Of a stretch of 64,000 bases of DNA, positions 59,295-64,000 are shown in pieces (positions within the stretch are counted from its first letter, which is position 1; every line of letters starts with the position of its first letter). The stretch is from an uncultured bacterium (GTDB lineage Bacteria > Armatimonadota > Hebobacteria > CAIYQO01): the NCBI GenBank assembly GCA_964638715.1, contig CAZWZF010000019.1, positions 4,836 through 68,835 of the forward strand, given 5' to 3'. Below the pieces are notes generated by a model. That model worked only from the letters and a program-made list of their open reading frames with translations. It searched no databases and had not been told where the DNA came from. A program made the translations under genes and the position numbers.

Positions 59295-59323
59295 TTGACA
59301 CACACTTTGCATATTAGTAAAAT
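59295..59323 (+). promoter_or_regulatory. Sigma70 promoter of AbrB-RND operon
   Basis: TTGACA-N17-TAAAAT. Confidence 0.75.
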
Positions 59324-59359
59324 AAATCATACATTTCATACTGTTGTGAGAAAAATATT

Positions 59360-59611
59360 ATGTCAGACAAAAAAGCTAATTCGAAAATTGATTTCGATAC
59401 ATTATTTTATGGCTCGGTCACCCTGGGTGAGCGCGGCCAGATTGTCATTCCTGCGGATGCGCGCAAGCAATGCGAGATAAATCCCGGTGATAAATTACTG
59501 GTATTTCGACATCCGCTGCACCCGAGCATGTTAATGTTGTCTAAAATTGGCGATATGCAGGAAATGCTGGGCCAATTAAGCACTACAATAGAAAAAGTTG
59601 GTAAAGAATAA
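59360..59611 (+). CDS. AbrB/MazE/SpoVT family DNA-binding protein
   Basis: YGSVTLGERGQIVIPADARK..INPGDKLLV. Confidence 0.9.
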   Translation: MSDKKANSKIDFDTLFYGSVTLGERGQIVIPADARKQCEINPGDKLLVFRHPLHPSMLMLSKIGDMQEMLGQLSTTIEKVGKE

Positions 59612-59624
59612 CCCGGAGGTTAGT

Positions 59625-61517
59625 ATGATAAAGTCCATTATGAAAATTAGTACAGCAGTACTTGTAATGAGTATCGCGGTGCTGACAACTGGCTGCTTTA
59701 ATAAAAAGGTTGAAGAAAAGCCAGTCGAAGTTGGTGCGCCTGTATCATCAGTAAAGGTGCAGAGCAAGGATATTATTGAAACAGTTGAAATATCCGGCAC
59801 TTTAACCCCTACAACTGAAGTTAATGTTGGTACACGAAACGCTGGCAGAATATCGCAGATTTTAGTTCGCGAAGGCATGCCGGTAAAACGCGGTCAGTTA
59901 ATGGCAACTTTAGAAAGCCAGGATGCTGAAGCGTTATTAAGATCCTCTCAGGCTGCAATAAAATCAGCTTACGCACGATTGGATTTAGCTAAAGCAGCCG
60001 CAAAGCAGCAGGAAACATCAACAGATAGCGGTATTCAAAGTGCTAAAGCTGCATTGTCATCTGCAACCGCCCGCTTAGAACAGGCAAAATCTGCCGCAAA
60101 ACAACAGAAGACTGCAACTAACAGTGGTGTAAATAATGCACAGGCGGCATTAGAGGCTGCCAAAGCCCGTCTTGATCAGGCTATTGCGACAGCTACATCA
60201 ACAGAGGCATCTTTAAAAGCTGCGGTAAAGTCTGCGGATGCTACTCTTTCTGCTGCGAATAGCAAGCTGAGTGCATTAAAAAGCGGTTCACGCACCCAGG
60301 AAAGAAAGCAGGCAGAGAATTCACTTATAGTTGCAAAAGCAAATATGTCTGATGCAGAGACATCATGTAATCGTTATAAAGAACTGTTTAACCAGGGTGC
60401 AATAACCCGTGAAAGATTAGAGAAATATGAAACTGCGCTGAATATTGCAAAAGCACAATACGATTCTGCACAGCAGCAGTTATCACTGGTGCAGGAAGGC
60501 CCGCGCAAAGAAGATATTGAATCTGCCGAAGCTAATGTCCGTCAAGCCCAGGAAGGACTGGAAAGCGCAAATGCTAATTTGGGACAAATTAGTGTAGCTA
60601 AAGCAAATGTTGAAATAGCAAAAACCGGCGTTCGCCAAGCTGAAGCACAGTTGGAAACAGCGAAATCTGGAACTGATATTGATGAAATGAAAGATAAGGA
60701 TATTCAGGCTGCACAAGCTGGTATTGAACAGGCTAAAGCTAACCTTGCATCTGCAAAGTCTGCAAGCCAGGTTAATATTATGCGTGATAGCGATGTGTTG
60801 TCTGCTCAGGCTGCTATAGCTCAGGCAAAAGAACAGATCGTCACCGCACAAAATGCATTATCATACACAAAAATTATCGCACCGGTTGATGGTGTGGTAT
60901 CAAAGAAAATGTCTGATGTAGGTCAGGCACTGGCAGCGAATATCTCTGTCTTTACTATTTCAACATCAGGTTCGTTATATTTCGAAGCTCCGGTATCTGA
61001 GTTGGACGCTACCAAGTTGAAAGCTGGCCAGCCGGTTAAAATTACTATCGATGCCATGCAGGGAGATAAGTCAAATCTGTATAACGACACCGGCAACACA
61101 GCAGTAACCTGCCAGGGAATTGTTGAACGGGTTGTTCCTGTTGTCGATGTAAAATCACGTAATTTTAACGTCAGGGTAACCCTGGATGCTAAAGCCAGCA
61201 AAGACAAAGCATTGTATCCGGGTATGTTTGCTACCGGTGTTGTTGTTACTTTTAATCATCCAAATTCTATTGTTGTACCGAAAGACGCAATTGTAGAAAG
61301 AGGCGGAAAACAATATGTATTCACTGTTTTGAAAAACCGCGCTGTAAAACGTATAGTAACTACTGGAATTATGGATAATGACGGTGACATGATGATAAAG
61401 AGTGGCGTGGAAGTCGGTGAAGAAGTAATGGTCGAAGGCAACCAGACATTGAGTGATGGTGCATTAATTTCTGTCACACCTATGAAAGTGGATGTGAGTT
61501 CTCCTAAAACAAAATAG
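59625..61517 (+). CDS. RND periplasmic adaptor lipoprotein with very long alpha-hairpin
   Basis: GGAGG RBS before ATG 59625; lipobox LTTGC; GRISQILVREG; IIAPVDGVV; LYPGMFA; VVPKDAI. Confidence 0.92.
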   Translation: MIKSIMKISTAVLVMSIAVLTTGCFNKKVEEKPVEVGAPVSSVKVQSKDIIETVEISGTLTPTTEVNVGTRNAGRISQILVREGMPVKRGQLMATLESQDAEALLRSSQAAIKSAYARLDLAKAAAKQQETSTDSGIQSAKAALSSATARLEQAKSAAKQQKTATNSGVNNAQAALEAAKARLDQAIATATSTEASLKAAVKSADATLSAANSKLSALKSGSRTQERKQAENSLIVAKANMSDAETSCNRYKELFNQGAITRERLEKYETALNIAKAQYDSAQQQLSLVQEGPRKEDIESAEANVRQAQEGLESANANLGQISVAKANVEIAKTGVRQAEAQLETAKSGTDIDEMKDKDIQAAQAGIEQAKANLASAKSASQVNIMRDSDVLSAQAAIAQAKEQIVTAQNALSYTKIIAPVDGVVSKKMSDVGQALAANISVFTISTSGSLYFEAPVSELDATKLKAGQPVKITIDAMQGDKSNLYNDTGNTAVTCQGIVERVVPVVDVKSRNFNVRVTLDAKASKDKALYPGMFATGVVVTFNHPNSIVVPKDAIVERGGKQYVFTVLKNRAVKRIVTTGIMDNDGDMMIKSGVEVGEEVMVEGNQTLSDGALISVTPMKVDVSSPKTK

Positions 61518-61521
61518 TATT

Positions 61522-61548
61522 TTGGGTGCAGCACCATGCTGCACCCAA
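61522..61548. repeat. Intra-operon GC-rich hairpin (REP-like)
   Basis: TTGGGTGCAGCA-CCA-TGCTGCACCCAA perfect 12-bp stem. Confidence 0.65.
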
Positions 61549-61585
61549 GTAGAAATCCTCATTAAGAAAATAAGGATAATTTCAG

Positions 61586-64000
61586 ATGAATTTAACTAAA
61601 TTAGCCATCAGTCGACCAGTTACCATTATGATGCTCATTCTCGCACTGGTAATTTTGGGCTGGCAATCGCGCAGCAAAATGGCTGTTGACCTTTATCCTA
61701 AAGTTGAAATACCCTACCTTTTCATATCTACTGTCTACCCGGGAACCGGTCCTGAAGAAGTAGAAACATTGGTAACCAAGCCGATTGAAGATTCAATATC
61801 ATCAATATCTGGCTTGAAAAAGCTGTCTTCAACCTCTTCAGAAGGCGTATCCAGCGTTCGGTTAGAGTTTGAAGTCGGCACTGATCTTGACGTGGTATCT
61901 GCTGATGTTCGCAGCAAATTGGATGCAGTGCGCGGTAAATTGCCAGACGACGCAAAAGCGCCGGTGGTAGTGAAACTGGACTTTGGTGCGACTCCGGTTA
62001 TTTCGCTGTCAGTTGGGTCAAAAGAACGTTCATCAAAAGAGATTCGTGAAACAACAGATGATGTAATTAAAGATAAATTGAGCCAGTTATCAGGAGTTGG
62101 CGCGGTTACTGTAAATGGCGGCGATATTCGCGAGGTAAAGGTAGCTGTTGATAGAAACAGGCTGGCCGCTAACGGTATCTCCATTTTGCAGGTTGTCAAT
62201 GCCATCAAGTCAGAAAATCTTAATATTCCGTCGGGTTCTATCGAAGAATATACCCGTACATCTGCTGTGCGAGTAATGGGTGAGTTCACATCACCTGACC
62301 AGATATATAATGTTCACATTGCAAACGCGATGGGCAACACTAACCTGAAAATAGGTGATGTTGCTACTATAACTGATGATGTAAAGAAAGCTACCGTATA
62401 CACCCGGGTAAACTTAAATCCCAGCGTTGCTATTACTATCCAGAAACAGTCGGATGGCAATACTGTTAAGGTGGTTGATCAGGTAAAAAAAGCTTTAGAA
62501 GATATGACTGGCAAACCTTACACCGAGGAAGGGAAAAAAGCTGCCAAAGCTGCCAAAGCCAAAGGAAAAGAATGGTCTACCGGCGTGCCGGCATTGCTGC
62601 CTAATGATTATGAAATCAACATCTCGATGGATCAGTCGACATTCATCAAGGATACTCTTAACGATGTATACGCGTCGTTAACTGAAGGCGCGTTTTTGGC
62701 GGTTCTCATTGTTTTCCTGTTCCTGCATAGTTTGCGCGGTACCTTTATTGTAGCTCTTGCCATACCAACTTCCATGATTGCAACCTTCATGATTATGAAT
62801 GGACTTGGCTTTACGCTTAACATGATGTCAATGATGGGGTTATCGCTCTCGGTAGGTATTCTGGTTGACGACTCGATTGTGGTGCTGGAGAATATCCACC
62901 GCCACTTAATGATGGGAGAGTCGCCGCATGACGCGGCACTGAATGGTCGTGCGGAAATCGGACTTGCCGCTATGGCAATCACCATGGTTGATGTGGTGGT
63001 GTTCATACCTATCGCATTCATGGGCGGTATTGTTGGCCAGTTCTTCCGCCAGTTCGGTATTACCGTTGCTACCGCCACCTTGTTCTCATTATTCATGTCA
63101 TTTACCCTTACCCCCATGCTGGCATCCCGCTGGTTAAAGAGCAAGGATGAAGAAGAACTTGAGGAAGAAAAAGAAAGTGCAAAACCAGGACTATTCAAGA
63201 AGTTTGTTAACGGTTGGGAAAGAATGTATGGAGCGATTGACCGCACATATAGAAAAGTTCTCGACTGGGCATTGGAACATCGTCCTGCTGTTATTTCTAT
63301 CGGAATTATGACGCTTCTTGCAAGTATTTCCACCGCGCTGGAAAAACCGTATCTTGAACAAATTGTTAAATTAGGGCCGGTTCTGCTGATTGCAGCAGCG
63401 ATTGTCTGGCTGGTATGGTATGGTGTCAGTTCGCTTCACAGAGCATGGCGATGGTTGCTCAGCATATTCTTTGCTATACCAATTACAGTAATATTAATGG
63501 TTGGTATTCAAAAAGTTGCAGTATCATTATTCAAGGCTCCTGTAATATATATGACTGTTTGGGGATTGATGATTTCACTGGTTATTATCGCAATTAATCT
63601 TTGCCGTAAAATTCCTGGAGATACCCGTGAAATGAGCGGTGGTGCAGTGAAACCAATGCTCTTTATCTTTACATTATGGACTCTCGTTTCTATTTTTCCC
63701 GGCAAGTTTGGTTTTGAGTTCCAGCCGAAAGTTGACAGGCGTCAGTTGCAGATACTTATTGAACGCGAAGTTGGCGCGTCACTTGAAACGACAAATAGAA
63801 ATACATACCTGATTGAAGAAGCATTGACAGATAAAAATCAATATCCGGAAACTAAGACTGTATTTACTACTGTAGGTTCATCAAGCGGCAGTGTAATGTC
63901 ATCTGGTTCTAACGGTGCAGACCAGGCGCAAATTGATGTGGAATTAAAGAATAACGATGATTATGGCATCGATACTTTCCAGAAGTTCTTTATGAATATG
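61586..64000 (+). CDS. RND efflux permease (AcrB/SwrC-like), runs off window edge
   Basis: Not in ORF track; MNLTKLAISRPVT..., YPGTGPEEVE, GILVDDSIVVLENIHR, SFTLTPMLASR, open to the end of the window. Confidence 0.93.
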   Translation, partial: MNLTKLAISRPVTIMMLILALVILGWQSRSKMAVDLYPKVEIPYLFISTVYPGTGPEEVETLVTKPIEDSISSISGLKKLSSTSSEGVSSVRLEFEVGTDLDVVSADVRSKLDAVRGKLPDDAKAPVVVKLDFGATPVISLSVGSKERSSKEIRETTDDVIKDKLSQLSGVGAVTVNGGDIREVKVAVDRNRLAANGISILQVVNAIKSENLNIPSGSIEEYTRTSAVRVMGEFTSPDQIYNVHIANAMGNTNLKIGDVATITDDVKKATVYTRVNLNPSVAITIQKQSDGNTVKVVDQVKKALEDMTGKPYTEEGKKAAKAAKAKGKEWSTGVPALLPNDYEINISMDQSTFIKDTLNDVYASLTEGAFLAVLIVFLFLHSLRGTFIVALAIPTSMIATFMIMNGLGFTLNMMSMMGLSLSVGILVDDSIVVLENIHRHLMMGESPHDAALNGRAEIGLAAMAITMVDVVVFIPIAFMGGIVGQFFRQFGITVATATLFSLFMSFTLTPMLASRWLKSKDEEELEEEKESAKPGLFKKFVNGWERMYGAIDRTYRKVLDWALEHRPAVISIGIMTLLASISTALEKPYLEQIVKLGPVLLIAAAIVWLVWYGVSSLHRAWRWLLSIFFAIPITVILMVGIQKVAVSLFKAPVIYMTVWGLMISLVIIAINLCRKIPGDTREMSGGAVKPMLFIFTLWTLVSIFPGKFGFEFQPKVDRRQLQILIEREVGASLETTNRNTYLIEEALTDKNQYPETKTVFTTVGSSSGSVMSSGSNGADQAQIDVELKNNDDYGIDTFQKFFMNM

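Noticed and set aside
59360-59611. Toxin-antitoxin module
   Set aside because: No PIN/MazF toxin follows; next gene is the RND adaptor
61735-63333. Minus-strand ORFs of 184 and 233 aa
   Set aside because: Shadows of the RND permease, which is absent from the ORF track only because it has no stop within the window

Overview
Bacterial chromosomal window, about 42 genes, with no rRNA, tRNA, CRISPR array or transposase visible. The DUF1559 prepilin and the FlgD-Ig/NHL giant proteins suggest Armatimonadota or a PVC-like lineage (inference). Left to right: (1) heavy-metal-type RND efflux operon (tolC, adaptor, permease; minus strand, cut by the window edge); (2) five-gene AT-rich surface-polysaccharide cassette, whose ATP-grasp gene carries an exact in-frame 300-bp tandem duplication; (3) rluD, an NlpC/P60 hydrolase whose promoter carries two perfect DnaA boxes around an NrdR-like box, a BtuFCD/FecBCDE-type ABC importer, folM-like/folB, a response regulator and a MITE; (4) a DEDDh exonuclease-WYL fusion converging on an orphan BREX-type (DUF6079/BrxC-like) ATPase; (5) a 37-kb, almost entirely minus-strand glycan-utilisation locus (22342-59147). 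It is headed by a prepilin-lectin fusion and holds four ~1250-1300 aa FlgD-Ig/beta-propeller paralogues, GH29/GH101/GH130/SGNH-like enzymes and two URO-D-family proteins. Two repeated LacI-type operators tie it together, and it has no SusC/D or other sugar transporter; (6) an AbrB-led second RND operon whose permease has about four extra transmembrane helices. Intergenic spaces contain several families of short orphan repeats. All family assignments come from motif recognition by eye, not from database searches.
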